Below, one piece after another: positions 39,190 through 49,930 of a stretch of DNA of 64,000 nucleotides. The stretch's first letter is position 1, and each line of letters starts with the position of its first letter. Source of the stretch: Candidatus Omnitrophota bacterium (GTDB lineage: Bacteria > Omnitrophota > Gorgyraeia > Zapsychrales > JANLHA01); assembly GCA_022711395.1 (NCBI GenBank), contig JAKLFA010000002.1:451864-515863 (forward strand), read 5' to 3'. Made by a program: the position numbers and the translations under genes. Under the pieces are notes generated by a model. That model did no database searches. It was given only the letters and a program-made list of their open reading frames with translations, and had not been told where the DNA came from.

Positions 39190-41139
39190 TTATTCTGGAG
39201 ACTCCGCGGCCATCCGCTGTGAAACATCTAATTTAAAATACACAGCCCCCAACGGAGGAATGGTCAAGTCTAAAGAAAAAGGCCGGCCATGATATGGCGT
39301 ATTCTCAGCCTCAAGACCGCCGAGATTCCCTATTCCTCCTCCGCCGTAGACCGGCGCGTCGGAATTGAAGATCTCCTTCCAATACCCGATAACCGGGACG
39401 CCCACACGATAATGTTGCCGGGGAACAGGAGTGAAATTACAGGCGACCAGGATCGCATCCTCAATACTGTGGGAGGTCTTACGTAGAAACGTCAAGACGC
39501 TGTTCTGCCAATCATCGCAATGGATCCATTCAAACCCCGCCGGGTCAAAATCCTTTTCGGAAAAAGCCGGATTCCGTCGGTATAAATGGTTCAGATCACG
39601 GACCAGATGCTGGATCCCCTTATGAGTATCGAATTCCAACAAATGCCAATCCAGACTTTGTTCGTGATACCATTCCGCCCATTGACCGAATTCCGATCCC
39701 ATAAAAAGCAGTTTCTTTCCAGGATGAGCATACATGTAAGAAAGCAATAACCGCAAATTCGCGAACTTCTGCCAGTTATCCCCCGGCATCTTGGACAAAA
39801 GCGAGCACTTTCCATGCACGACTTCGTCATGCGACAACGAGAGAACGAAATTTTCGGTATAGGCATACAACATACTGAAGGTCAACTCGTTATGATGATA
39901 TTTCCGGTGAATGGCGTTTTTTGAAAAATATTTCAAGGTGTCGTGCATCCATCCCATATTCCACTTAAGGCCAAATCCCAGGCCGCCCATAAATGTCGGT
40001 CTCGAAACCCCTCCCCAATCGGTGGACTCTTCCGCGATCGTCTGAACATCAGGAAAATTCGCATAGATCGCCTCATTCATCGTTTTGATCAAATGGATCG
40101 CTTCGATATTGTCCCGTCCCCCGTACTGATTGGGGATCCACTGCCCGTCTTCTCGGGAGTAATCCAAATACAGCATGGATGCCACCCCATCGACCCGCAG
40201 CCCATCAGCATGATATTTATCCAGCCAAAAGAGCGCACTGGAAATCAAAAAATTCTTGACCTCCGCGCGACCGTAATTAAAAATGCAACTTTTCCAATCC
40301 GGATGAAACCCCTTGCGAGGATCCTCATGTTCATAAAGATGCGTCCCGTCAAAATAACTTAAACCGTGCGAATCGGTCGGGAAATGCGATGGGACCCAAT
40401 CTAAGATAACGCCGATGCCTGCCTGATGAAGGCAGTCGATCAGATACATCAGATCCTGAGGCGTTCCGTAAAACCCGCTGGGAGCAAAATATCCCAATAC
40501 CTGATACCCCCATGAACCGTAGAACGGATGAGCCATCACAGGCATCAATTCCACGTGAGTGTAGCCCATATTCCGAATATAATTCGGCAGTTGGTCCGCC
40601 AATTCCCGGTAAGATAAATAACGATTCCCTTCGACATGGCGCATCCAGGACCCCACATGGAGCTCATAAACCGCCATTGGAGCATCCAGGGCGTTGCGTT
40701 CATGCCGAAGCTTCATCCATCCATGATCGTTCCATTTATAAGAAAGGTCGCCGACCACAGACGCTGTGCGAGGCGGAACTTCGCATTGAAATCCGTAAGG
40801 GTCCTGCTTGTCCACGCAGTAATTATTGTGCTGGGAGCGAATGTGATATTTGTAGATCTCCCCCTGCATAACCCGTGGGACAAATCCTTCCCATATCCCT
40901 GAACTGTCCCAACGAGGCGCCAACGGGTGCCGGTCTGCGTCCCAATCGTTAAAATCCCCGATCAATGAAACTGCGGCCGCATTGGGGGCCCAGACCGCAA
41001 AATAGGTCCCCGGCTGGCCATGGGCGTTCATGACGTGCGCGCCAAAATGTTCATAGGCGCGATATAACGTGCCCTGTTTAAAAAAATAAATAACTTCATC
41101 TGAAAAACGGCTCACATCATGTCTGATTGCAGTTTCCAA
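39190..41139 (-). CDS. glgB: 1,4-alpha-glucan branching enzyme (GH13)
   Basis: CBM48 N-terminus, then catalytic 'GVILDWVPSHF', 'GLRVDGVASMLY', 'AEESTDWGGVS', 'SHDEVVHGK'. Confidence 0.9.
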   Translation of the reverse strand: METAIRHDVSRFSDEVIYFFKQGTLYRAYEHFGAHVMNAHGQPGTYFAVWAPNAAAVSLIGDFNDWDADRHPLAPRWDSSGIWEGFVPRVMQGEIYKYHIRSQHNNYCVDKQDPYGFQCEVPPRTASVVGDLSYKWNDHGWMKLRHERNALDAPMAVYELHVGSWMRHVEGNRYLSYRELADQLPNYIRNMGYTHVELMPVMAHPFYGSWGYQVLGYFAPSGFYGTPQDLMYLIDCLHQAGIGVILDWVPSHFPTDSHGLSYFDGTHLYEHEDPRKGFHPDWKSCIFNYGRAEVKNFLISSALFWLDKYHADGLRVDGVASMLYLDYSREDGQWIPNQYGGRDNIEAIHLIKTMNEAIYANFPDVQTIAEESTDWGGVSRPTFMGGLGFGLKWNMGWMHDTLKYFSKNAIHRKYHHNELTFSMLYAYTENFVLSLSHDEVVHGKCSLLSKMPGDNWQKFANLRLLLSYMYAHPGKKLLFMGSEFGQWAEWYHEQSLDWHLLEFDTHKGIQHLVRDLNHLYRRNPAFSEKDFDPAGFEWIHCDDWQNSVLTFLRKTSHSIEDAILVACNFTPVPRQHYRVGVPVIGYWKEIFNSDAPVYGGGGIGNLGGLEAENTPYHGRPFSLDLTIPPLGAVYFKLDVSQRMAAESPE

Positions 41140-41169
41140 AATCCCCCCCCATCTCCATGAATAGAACGA

Positions 41170-42255
41170 TTATTGAATTTTAAAATCATCCCCGTCCTTC
41201 GGATGACGTATCCTCAATTCAAAATCATTGGTCATTCCCTCAGCGCCTTTGGCGTTCGCTTCGATATTCAGATGACTTTTTGGCTTAACATCCTTTTCAT
41301 CATAAATTTCACCGAACAGTTCTTCTAAAACGTCTTCCATGGTCACAAGCCCGACGTCTTTGCCATGCGTATCCTGCACGATAAAAAGGTGCTGATGATG
41401 GACCTGAAATTTCTCCAGTAATTCATCAGCCCTTGTGAACCAATTCACAAAGATCGGGATCGCCATGAATTCGCGCAGCTTAGCACTGTAATTATCCTTA
41501 GCGATCTCTCGCAACAGCACGCGGTGCTGGACCATCCCGACAAAATCTTTCGGGTCCTTATCGAAGACCGCCAGCCGGCTGAACCGCGAATTAATGATCT
41601 CCTCCCGCAGTTCTCCCAGTGTTCTATCCGCTGGAAGTGCGAAGATCTGATCGATCGGTTTCATGATCTGAAAAGCCCTGAGATCATTGAGCCGAAAGAC
41701 CCGGTCACAAAGAACCGCTTCATCCATTTCGACCGTTCCGGAATCCCGTCCCAATTTAAGCATCATTTTGATCTCATCTTCCGTGACACGGGGAAGCCCT
41801 TTGTTCAGAACGAACGGCCTCGTCACAAAAGTCACAAAAAGCACGAACGGCTTCAAGATCCAGACCAAGACCCGGACGAATTTGGCGGTGTACAGTGAAA
41901 CCCGAGCCTTATAACGCTCCCCGATCGTTTTTGGAATGATCTCACCGCAGACGATGATCGTAAAGGTCAAGACCGTTGACGCCAAGCCCAGCCATTGATC
42001 TCCAAACTTCTTGGCAATTTGCTGGCCGATAAAAATAGAACCAATGATATTGATCGCATTGTTGACAATAACGATTGACGCGATGGTCATGCTGATATGC
42101 TCTTTGAGAAACATAAGATCTTTGGAACCATGTCGCTTTTCGTCCAAAAGGATGCGCGCACGGATCGATGGAAGGCTCAGCAAGGCAGCCTCGGTCATAG
42201 AGCAAACTGCCGAGGCCAGAATGACAACAAAAAATAAAATAATTAGACTAAGCAT
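41170..42255 (-). CDS. CNNM/DUF21 transmembrane domain plus CBS pair (HlyC/CorC-family transporter)
   Basis: 4-TM DUF21 N-terminus followed by tandem CBS domains. 361 aa. Confidence 0.7.
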   Translation of the reverse strand: MLSLIILFFVVILASAVCSMTEAALLSLPSIRARILLDEKRHGSKDLMFLKEHISMTIASIVIVNNAINIIGSIFIGQQIAKKFGDQWLGLASTVLTFTIIVCGEIIPKTIGERYKARVSLYTAKFVRVLVWILKPFVLFVTFVTRPFVLNKGLPRVTEDEIKMMLKLGRDSGTVEMDEAVLCDRVFRLNDLRAFQIMKPIDQIFALPADRTLGELREEIINSRFSRLAVFDKDPKDFVGMVQHRVLLREIAKDNYSAKLREFMAIPIFVNWFTRADELLEKFQVHHQHLFIVQDTHGKDVGLVTMEDVLEELFGEIYDEKDVKPKSHLNIEANAKGAEGMTNDFELRIRHPKDGDDFKIQ

Positions 42256-42346
42256 ATTAATATATAGATTAGTATTAAAGCCAACAAATTATAGCAACAA
42301 AACATGCAATTGCAAAAAGAAATATAAAAGAATTACTGGTGAGGAA

Positions 42347-43519
42347 CTAACTTTTTTGAATATCGGAGAAGTGGGACAAGTTCAGTTCTGCTGTAGGTTT
42401 AAACAAATAAAATCCCTGCCCGCAGGAAACTCCCAGCTCACGGACAGCATCCAGATCGCTTCGGGTTTCAACCCCTTCCGCGATGGAAATAATGTTGTTT
42501 TCCCGGCAAAAGGAAACAATGAATTTCACAATGCTCTTTTTGAACGGGTCTTTGGCCAGATCAGAAATAATGTGTCGGTCGATCTTAACGACCTCGGGTT
42601 TTGTCTGCACGATGGACTCAAGGCTGGCATACCCCCCGCCCACATCATCCACCGCGAAATGAAAACCGTATTTCCGATAACGGTCCAACTGCTCGTAAAA
42701 CATTTTAAAATCCGTGATTGCTGAGCGCTCGGTGATCTCCAGGATCACATTTTTGGTAGCGATCTCGTGTCGCTCAAAGACCGTCTTCACCCGCTCGAAT
42801 TTCGCGGTCTCAATAAAATACGGATTGCAATTTAAAAAGATCCTCTCATCGCTGATCGAACGCGACAAACGTTCCAACGCCAAAGACCAGGCCATGATCT
42901 CCATTTCTGTGTAAAGACCATACTGCAATGCCGCTCTAAAAAAAACTTCCGGGTTGGACAAGACCCCGGAAACGGATGGGCGGCTCAAGATCTCGATCCC
43001 GTAAAGGGAAAAGGGTTCAAAAAGATAGATCGGTTGAAAATGCGGGACCACCAGCGACTCATCCAGGATCTTCCGCAGTTGAACGACGATCGTATCGTCC
43101 TCCTTCTTTGAAGAGAACGACCGACCCCTCCGCATGACCGCTTCCATTCGGGCAAAAAGCTCCTCATGGTCGCAAGGCTTCACCAAAAAATCATCAGCAC
43201 CCAGATACAGGCCTTCGACCTTATCTTCTGAGAGCGACTGCGCGCTCAGCATGATAATAGGTATATGTGCGGTCTCTTGGGATTCTTTGAGCTTGCGGCA
43301 GACTTCCAGTCCATTGAAATCAGGAAGGATTAAATCCAACAGAATCAGATCAAATTCTGAAGATGCTTTATGTAAGGCTTCCGTAGCGGTCCCAGCGACC
43401 TCCACCGCATAGCCTCGTGTTTCTAAAAGCATTCCCAGAAGGTCGGTCAAACCCTTTTCATCGTCAACCAAAAGGATTTGCTTTTTTTGACCATTCGAAC
43501 CACTGTCCATGAAGCACAC
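42347..43519 (-). CDS. Response regulator receiver fused to EAL c-di-GMP phosphodiesterase
   Basis: REC 'ILLVDDEKG...LILLDLILPDFNGLEV...IIMLSA'. EAL domain 'EILSRP', 'ILEITER', 'FAVDDVGGGYASL', 'AEGVET...GQGFYLFKP'. Confidence 0.85.
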   Translation of the reverse strand: MCFMDSGSNGQKKQILLVDDEKGLTDLLGMLLETRGYAVEVAGTATEALHKASSEFDLILLDLILPDFNGLEVCRKLKESQETAHIPIIMLSAQSLSEDKVEGLYLGADDFLVKPCDHEELFARMEAVMRRGRSFSSKKEDDTIVVQLRKILDESLVVPHFQPIYLFEPFSLYGIEILSRPSVSGVLSNPEVFFRAALQYGLYTEMEIMAWSLALERLSRSISDERIFLNCNPYFIETAKFERVKTVFERHEIATKNVILEITERSAITDFKMFYEQLDRYRKYGFHFAVDDVGGGYASLESIVQTKPEVVKIDRHIISDLAKDPFKKSIVKFIVSFCRENNIISIAEGVETRSDLDAVRELGVSCGQGFYLFKPTAELNLSHFSDIQKS

Positions 43520-43636
43520 TCTCTCATATGGAGTTCATGAATCGTTTGCTTTTATCCACCATAAGTATATTATAATTGTTTAAAAAAATCAATAAATTTA
43601 ATTTGTAGTGTCTAAATTTTTAAACATTTTTCAATT

Positions 43637-44158
43637 TTATTTTGAAAATAGGGAAAAATGAAAGATTGTGCCCTGCTCTGACTGCGGATCTTCAGAAGAA
43701 ATAATTTTAAAATCAGAAGGGATTTCAGGAAAGAATGCATCGCATTCAAAAAGACCGTGAATGACAGTAAGATACAATATGCGACACTGCGCCAACATGA
43801 TCGCGTCTTTATAGACCTGCGCCCCACCGATCACAAAGACCTGATCGACATCCGCCATCTGAGAAACCCTCGAAAGGACCTCTTGCAAGGAGGACCCCCG
43901 CAAAACCCCCTCAGGAAGCGCGTATCGCGTGTTATGGGTAAGAACAATATTCAAGCGCTCAGGCAGCGGACGGAACCGCTCAGGGATCGATTCCCATGTT
44001 TTGCGGCCCATGATCACGGCATTCCGTTGTCCACTCTTGGACGATGTCGTCACGCTCTTGAAATGCGCCATGTCCGCGGATAAACGCCACGGCAATAATC
44101 CGCCTTTCCCGATCCCTTGGCGTGAATCCATAGCGGCAATGATGGAAAAATCTTTCAT
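43637..44158 (-). CDS. folA: Dihydrofolate reductase
   Basis: 'IIAAMDSRQGIGKGGLLPW...VIMGRKTWESIP' DHFR signature. Confidence 0.9.
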   Translation of the reverse strand: MKDFSIIAAMDSRQGIGKGGLLPWRLSADMAHFKSVTTSSKSGQRNAVIMGRKTWESIPERFRPLPERLNIVLTHNTRYALPEGVLRGSSLQEVLSRVSQMADVDQVFVIGGAQVYKDAIMLAQCRILYLTVIHGLFECDAFFPEIPSDFKIISSEDPQSEQGTIFHFSLFSK

Positions 44159-44172
44159 GGATCCCCCCTCCT

Positions 44173-44988
44173 TCAGACCGCGATCGGAAATTTTATGAAC
44201 GCATCATGCTGATAATTTAAAAGTTTGATATCCGAGAATTGAACATCCATGACCGGCTTATGGGCGATATGGACTTGAGGCAACGGCTTCGGCGTCCGCG
44301 TTAACTGCAGGCGCAATCCTTCCACATGATTCAAATAAATATGGGCATCCCCGATCGTGTGGACAAAGACCCCGGGGACCAGCCCACACTCCTGGGCCAC
44401 CATCATCAAAAGCAACGAATAACTGGCGATATTAAACGGCACGCCCAAAGCGATATCCGCTGACCGCTGATAAAGCTGGCAGTCCAGACGGCCGTTGATC
44501 ACATAAAATTGGAAAAACGCATGGCATGGCGGAAGCGCCATACGGTCAAGGTCTGCGACATTCCAGGCGGAAACAATGATACGACGGGAATCAGGCTGGT
44601 TCTTGATAAGGTCAATAGCTCCCCTGATCTGATCAATATGCGTTTTACGATATTGCTGTGAATCGTCATCCCACGCGAACCTTTCCCACTTGCGCCATTG
44701 ATAACCGTAGATCGGGCCAAGCTCTCCCCGTTCATCAGCCCAGGCGTTCCAGATCGGAGTATGCTCTTTAAGGCCGTCATTGATATTGGTCGCCCCCTTA
44801 AGGAACCACAGTAATTCATGAACAACGGCGTCAAACAGGACCTTTTTCGTGGTCAGAAGCGGGAACCCTTCCCGCAGATCATATTTTTTCTGCACACCGA
44901 AGATCGACAGCGTTCCGGTCCCGGTGCGGTCTTCCTTGCGTTCCCCGTGATCAAGAACATCCTGCACGAGCTCAAGATATTGCTTCAT
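44173..44988 (-). CDS. thyA: Thymidylate synthase
   Basis: '[12 protein letters not shown]', '[12 protein letters not shown]' active-site Cys, '[12 protein letters not shown]'. Start at MKQYLEL. Confidence 0.9.
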   Translation of the reverse strand: MKQYLELVQDVLDHGERKEDRTGTGTLSIFGVQKKYDLREGFPLLTTKKVLFDAVVHELLWFLKGATNINDGLKEHTPIWNAWADERGELGPIYGYQWRKWERFAWDDDSQQYRKTHIDQIRGAIDLIKNQPDSRRIIVSAWNVADLDRMALPPCHAFFQFYVINGRLDCQLYQRSADIALGVPFNIASYSLLLMMVAQECGLVPGVFVHTIGDAHIYLNHVEGLRLQLTRTPKPLPQVHIAHKPVMDVQFSDIKLLNYQHDAFIKFPIAV

Positions 44989-45027
44989 AAACAACAGCCT
45001 CTATTTTAAAACGGTTGTGCCAGAAAA

Positions 45028-47061
45028 TCAGGACGGCAATTTCCACATTTCGGATTCATACTGCGAAACCATCCGATCGGTATTAAAGAACGCGGCCCTT
45101 TGGATACAATGGATCATTTTATCGATCCAGGCGCTTTTAGCGTTCAACTGTCCGGCTTTATAAGTTTGATAATACAACGCGACCGCCTGCCGTAAGACTT
45201 CATACAAAGCTTTGCTGTCTTCCTGCAAACGGGCGTCATGCTCACCCCCCAGGTCCGTTCCCGTGTGGCGGTAGCCAAAGATCCATCCGATATCGTCATT
45301 CTCCGCTTCCACGACCCACCCATCCAACGTGCTGCACTGCAGGACCCCGTTCATGATCGCCTTCATTCCGCTGGTGCCCGAGGCCTCGAATGGCGGCAGC
45401 GGGTTGTTCAGCCAGACATCAACCGAATTGCTCAAAAGTTTTCCGAAATACGTGTCATAATTTTCCAAAAGCAGGACGCGGATATCATCACGATATTCAT
45501 TGAGCTCATTGATATGGTCCATGATCTTGTCGATATGGGCCCCGCCGAGATTATCGTTAGGATGGGCCTTACCAGCCACAACGATCTGAAGCGGCCCCTG
45601 TTCTTTTGCGATCTGGACCAATTGCTTCACATCTTGAAAAATCAAAGCGGGACGTTTGTAGGAAGCGATCCGCCGGGCCCAGGAGATCGTGAACACATCC
45701 TCCCGCAGGCCCCAATGGCGGATGATGGAGATCATGTTCCGTTTGTTCTGCTGATGGGCCTCAAAAAGATCCTTCCGGAACGCCGCATCGCTCTTCAGCT
45801 CCAGGACTTTAAGCAGATTGTGCTGGTCCTTGCGCCAATCCCCGAACACCCGGTCATACTTATCGAAAAGTTTCGCGAAGCTCTCGGAAAGCCAAGTATG
45901 AAGATGGACGCCGTTGGTGATGGCCTGGATCTTTTCCTTAAACATCGGAAACTGCAGGCGCATGACCTCTCCGTGCTTTTGAGCAACAGCGTTCATGCGG
46001 CTGGCGTTGTTCAAGGACATCAGCGTAAGATTGACCTGGTCCGACGAAGGATTTTCCTTCCCGAACATCTGGGCCGCGTCAATGTATGGCTGGGTCAAAA
46101 CCCGGGACAGATCATGAACTCCAAAACGGTCGTGTCCCGCGGCGACAGGCGTATGGCAAGTAAAAATAAATTTCTTACGGTGCTCTTCCATTTGGGATTT
46201 GTCCTGCAGGCTGATGTATTTTTCAAGCAAGGCAAAGGCCGCGTGGCCTTCATTGAGGTGATACCGGTCCACTTTGTAACCTAGAGAATCCAGCGCCTTC
46301 ATGCCGCCGATCCCAAGGATGGAGCGCTGAAAGATCTTCCACCACACATCATCACTGCGGTAGAGCTGATCCGTCAGTTTCTTAAAATGTTCGGGATTGC
46401 CCTCGACATTGGAATCCAAGAGGACCAGAGGGCAAACATGCTTTTTGTCATAACTATAAACATAATATTTCCAAAGGCGCAATGCCAGCCTTCCCTCGCG
46501 CGTGTCCAGATAAACAATGTTCTTAAGCGGGACCAGCCCGGGATAGGCGTCCGGGTCCCACTGAAGCTCCTCCGGGATCTGCCCATGCTTATACCAGAAA
46601 TTCTGTTTGAAATACCCCTTGTTCCAAAGGATCCCCAATCCAACGAAAGACACGCCCCTGTCCGCCGCGCTTTTGATCGTATCTCCGGCCAGAACCCCCA
46701 GCCCCCCGCTGTAGATCGGGATGTCGAGCATTTTATCGATATGGATCTTAAAAATATAATCCGCCAGCCAGTAATTGGAAAAGACCTCGTGAGTAAAGAA
46801 CTGGTTTTTCTCACCCATGGAATGCGCTGAAGAAAATGTGTTGTAAATGCTCGGCGCAAGGCCGTATTCCATGGAAAAATAGGCCACCGACGGGATCTCA
46901 GGATTCAAAAGCCTCTTCTCATCCTCTAGAACGGCTTTCAGCGGGAAACCAAAAAATTGTTTTTCGGTGATATCATCCTTGTAATCAGGATCGAAACGCT
47001 CGATGCTCGCAGCGATGTCGTCGTATTTATATGACATGGTCTGCTTGGGGGCCGTTTCCAT
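45028..47061 (-). CDS. glgP: Alpha-glucan (glycogen/maltodextrin) phosphorylase, GT35
   Basis: 677 aa. 'EASGTSGMK' pyridoxal-phosphate Lys motif, 'NEGHAAF'. Short archaeal/bacterial-type phosphorylase. Confidence 0.85.
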   Translation of the reverse strand: METAPKQTMSYKYDDIAASIERFDPDYKDDITEKQFFGFPLKAVLEDEKRLLNPEIPSVAYFSMEYGLAPSIYNTFSSAHSMGEKNQFFTHEVFSNYWLADYIFKIHIDKMLDIPIYSGGLGVLAGDTIKSAADRGVSFVGLGILWNKGYFKQNFWYKHGQIPEELQWDPDAYPGLVPLKNIVYLDTREGRLALRLWKYYVYSYDKKHVCPLVLLDSNVEGNPEHFKKLTDQLYRSDDVWWKIFQRSILGIGGMKALDSLGYKVDRYHLNEGHAAFALLEKYISLQDKSQMEEHRKKFIFTCHTPVAAGHDRFGVHDLSRVLTQPYIDAAQMFGKENPSSDQVNLTLMSLNNASRMNAVAQKHGEVMRLQFPMFKEKIQAITNGVHLHTWLSESFAKLFDKYDRVFGDWRKDQHNLLKVLELKSDAAFRKDLFEAHQQNKRNMISIIRHWGLREDVFTISWARRIASYKRPALIFQDVKQLVQIAKEQGPLQIVVAGKAHPNDNLGGAHIDKIMDHINELNEYRDDIRVLLLENYDTYFGKLLSNSVDVWLNNPLPPFEASGTSGMKAIMNGVLQCSTLDGWVVEAENDDIGWIFGYRHTGTDLGGEHDARLQEDSKALYEVLRQAVALYYQTYKAGQLNAKSAWIDKMIHCIQRAAFFNTDRMVSQYESEMWKLPS

Positions 47062-47132
47062 AAATTCTCCTTTTCCTCTCGTCTATGTGCAGCGGTATTA
47101 TAACAAAAATTATCCGCCCCATAAGGTTTTTT

Positions 47133-48170
47133 TCAAAAACTTAAGTTTTTAGGCTCTGATTGAACGGAACGGTACTCGCGACTTGAAAAAAACTGCGGCC
47201 CGCCATCCCCCTCTGCGATCACCAGCGCGGCAAACCCCTCCCCCAGCCCATCCAAACAGGCGATCCCCGCCTGCGGATCCCAGATCATCAGCGCTGTTGA
47301 ATACGCGTCGGCTTCCATCGCCGAAGGAGCGATGACCGTGGCACTGATATTTCCGACCTGGGGGTAGCCCGTCCGCGGATCAATGATATGCGAGTAATGT
47401 TTTCCATCGATCTCAACAAAGCGTTCATAATCCCCCGAAGTGGTCACCGCCTGGTCCGAGATCGATAGAATATCCAGCAATTCGTCCTTTTTCCGCGGAT
47501 GCTGGATCCCGATGCGCCAGTGTTCCCCTTTCAAATTCAGGCCCGCCGCGTAAACATCTCCCCCTGCATCGATAAAAAAATCCTTAAAACCATGCGACCT
47601 CAGGATACGCGCCGCCTCATCCACGGCATAGCCCTTAGCCACCCCTCCCAGATCGATCTCCATGCCGGGATATAAAAAGCGTATGGTCCTCTCATCGACC
47701 AATTCGATCAGTTCGGATCCGGTCTTCAAACCAGCAGAAACGATCTCCTGGTATGCCGGCTCTTTTTTAAGTTCCCCTGCGCGGTTCCAAACATCGATCA
47801 ACGGCCTTACAGTAATGTCAAAAAGGCCTCCCGTTTCTATGGAGACTTTCCTGGAAAGCGCGATCACCTCCAGGATATCTGCCGAGACCTGAACATTTTC
47901 ACCGGTCTTGTATCCGTGAAGCCTCGCCACTTCGCTTTCCGGATTATAGGCGTTCATCCGGAGATTGATATCCTCAAAACGGGCCCAGACATCTTTAAAT
48001 GCCCTGTCGGCCTTTGCGCCCTCCCTCTTCTTCGCACAAATATCGATCTGAACAAACGTCCCCAGAATGGCCCGTTCCTCATGGAACTTGACCCGTTCCT
48101 GCAAGCCACAACCTGTGAGCAGGCCCAGCATTAAAATATAAACACTCAAACGATGAGACATCATGTTCAT
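47133..48170 (-). CDS. apbE: FAD:protein FMN transferase (ApbE family) lipoprotein
   Basis: Lipobox 'LLTGCGLQ'. ApbE motifs 'IDLGGVAKGYAVD' and C-terminal 'GDGG'. Overlaps the upstream gene by 4 nt. Confidence 0.8.
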   Translation of the reverse strand: MNMMSHRLSVYILMLGLLTGCGLQERVKFHEERAILGTFVQIDICAKKREGAKADRAFKDVWARFEDINLRMNAYNPESEVARLHGYKTGENVQVSADILEVIALSRKVSIETGGLFDITVRPLIDVWNRAGELKKEPAYQEIVSAGLKTGSELIELVDERTIRFLYPGMEIDLGGVAKGYAVDEAARILRSHGFKDFFIDAGGDVYAAGLNLKGEHWRIGIQHPRKKDELLDILSISDQAVTTSGDYERFVEIDGKHYSHIIDPRTGYPQVGNISATVIAPSAMEADAYSTALMIWDPQAGIACLDGLGEGFAALVIAEGDGGPQFFSSREYRSVQSEPKNLSF

Positions 48171-48901
48171 CGGTCCGCCTTTTGGATCACAATGTCAAAA
48201 CGCCAATTGACCGTTGATGGCTGTCCAGGCCTGAAAAACGGATTAAAAGAATCCCGGACCTTGTATGAACAGTCCTTTTCATCCAAAAGAGATGCCCAAA
48301 AACCCCTTTCATACAGCTGGATCGGGATCGGGTGCTGATCACGCGTTTCACGCAAATGAGGAAAATGCTCATTACAAAACCGGCGGTATTCCTCTTTCGC
48401 GGCATCATATCCTTCAGAACGGCTCTTGTCCGGGAGCTGGCCGATCAGGATCCTCCCGCCGGGTTCTGTGACCCGCAACAGCTCATCGACCGCCCGCCTG
48501 ATCTCAGCAGGATTTAAAAAATTGATGAACACAAAATAACATAGAACCGCATCAAAAACTTCCGGCTGAAAGGGCAACGCGCAAAGATCAGCGCAGACAA
48601 CGCTGGAATTCTTGCGCTCGCTGTTGCGGAGCATCTCAAAGGCAATGTCCACCCCCACGCATTGACGCTCGGAAGACCCCAGCCGCTCGCTCATCCAACC
48701 TCCGCCGCAGCCGGCATCCAAGATCCTCCGGCACGATTTCAGGTCAAGCGCCCCGTCAACATGAGCGAATAAGGCGGAGATCTTCTCTTCTGAAACGGGC
48801 ACGCCATCGAGCGTGTCCCATTTGCTTAAAAGCCATTGGTTGGACCGGTAACGGCCGGCGGTAAACAGCGCCCACTGATTGAAAAGGTCTTTGAGCTGCA
48901 T
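48167..48901 (-). CDS. Class I SAM-dependent methyltransferase
   Basis: 'ILDAGCGGGWMS' motif I and 'VFDAVLC' motif (Methyltransf_11-like). Confidence 0.75.
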   Translation of the reverse strand: MQLKDLFNQWALFTAGRYRSNQWLLSKWDTLDGVPVSEEKISALFAHVDGALDLKSCRRILDAGCGGGWMSERLGSSERQCVGVDIAFEMLRNSERKNSSVVCADLCALPFQPEVFDAVLCYFVFINFLNPAEIRRAVDELLRVTEPGGRILIGQLPDKSRSEGYDAAKEEYRRFCNEHFPHLRETRDQHPIPIQLYERGFWASLLDEKDCSYKVRDSFNPFFRPGQPSTVNWRFDIVIQKADR

Positions 48902-49930
48902 TTATGACAGATAATGGTAAATGGTCTTGCTGCCTAATTTGACCATCGCATTCGGCATCCAAGGCAGCGTAAAGAACCAAGTCGCGAATTTTAGAATGCG
49001 TTTTTTGCTGAATTTATACCCTTCCGGGTGAAAGCCCAGGTGAACGATCTCCGAACCCTGCGCGCCGACATGCTCCTTAAAACGGATCAGCCCCGTCTGA
49101 TCATGCCCGCTGGAGCCAAGATCAATGAACGAAAGCCCCTGCCGCTTTGCCAGACGGATCCCCTCCCAAAACAGGATATTGTTCGGCCGAAACGCCAAAG
49201 AATCATGACGGGATGTATTGAATTTATAATACAGCGTGTCGCCGCAGACCAGAAAAATATTCCCACCGATGAACTCACCCCGGTCATTATAGGCTCCCAG
49301 CAAAAATCCATTGCCCTTTTCCATGAACAGGTCCCAGATATTGCTGAAAAACGAGAACGGCTGGGGAAAGACACGGTATTTGTTTTTGCGCACCCTCAGG
49401 TGCAGTTCATAAAACTTTTTCAACTCTGACCTGGGACATTCACGCACCGTCACTCCCTTGCGCTGCGACTGGCTAATGGCGGCTTTATAAGAATCCTGGA
49501 TACGCCGGCGTATTTCTTCGATCGGAGGCCTGACATCCAAAAGATGGAATCGTTCCCTCGAAAGCTCTTTAAAAACACCCGCCTCACGCGCGTATTGATC
49601 ACGCAGATTACGGACCGCGATCCGATACTGAGGATACTCCTGGCGCAAAGACTGAAAAAACTGCCGCCAGTCATCGGCCGAACGCACATAACCGTCACAA
49701 TAATCGCAATAAGAGGCGATGCAGATCTTCCATTCCAAAAAATTCTTAACAACGGAATACAAAATATAACTGACAACGCGGCCATCCTGTTCAATATACT
49801 TCACGAAGAACTTCGTTCCATACGTGCGAATGATCCCTTCGATCCATTCTGGTGAAGCGAACAGGTTCCGATGCAAACCGGGAAGGTCCAGATTTTTAAG
49901 CGCGTCCTGAAAGGAGACCGTTCGGAGCAT
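48902..49930 (-). CDS. FemAB-family/GNAT-like acyltransferase (Acetyltransf_6-type)
   Basis: About 340 aa with two GNAT-like halves. Typical size and organisation of FemAB/BioF2-like proteins. By-eye assignment. Confidence 0.5.
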   Translation of the reverse strand: MLRTVSFQDALKNLDLPGLHRNLFASPEWIEGIIRTYGTKFFVKYIEQDGRVVSYILYSVVKNFLEWKICIASYCDYCDGYVRSADDWRQFFQSLRQEYPQYRIAVRNLRDQYAREAGVFKELSRERFHLLDVRPPIEEIRRRIQDSYKAAISQSQRKGVTVRECPRSELKKFYELHLRVRKNKYRVFPQPFSFFSNIWDLFMEKGNGFLLGAYNDRGEFIGGNIFLVCGDTLYYKFNTSRHDSLAFRPNNILFWEGIRLAKRQGLSFIDLGSSGHDQTGLIRFKEHVGAQGSEIVHLGFHPEGYKFSKKRILKFATWFFTLPWMPNAMVKLGSKTIYHYLS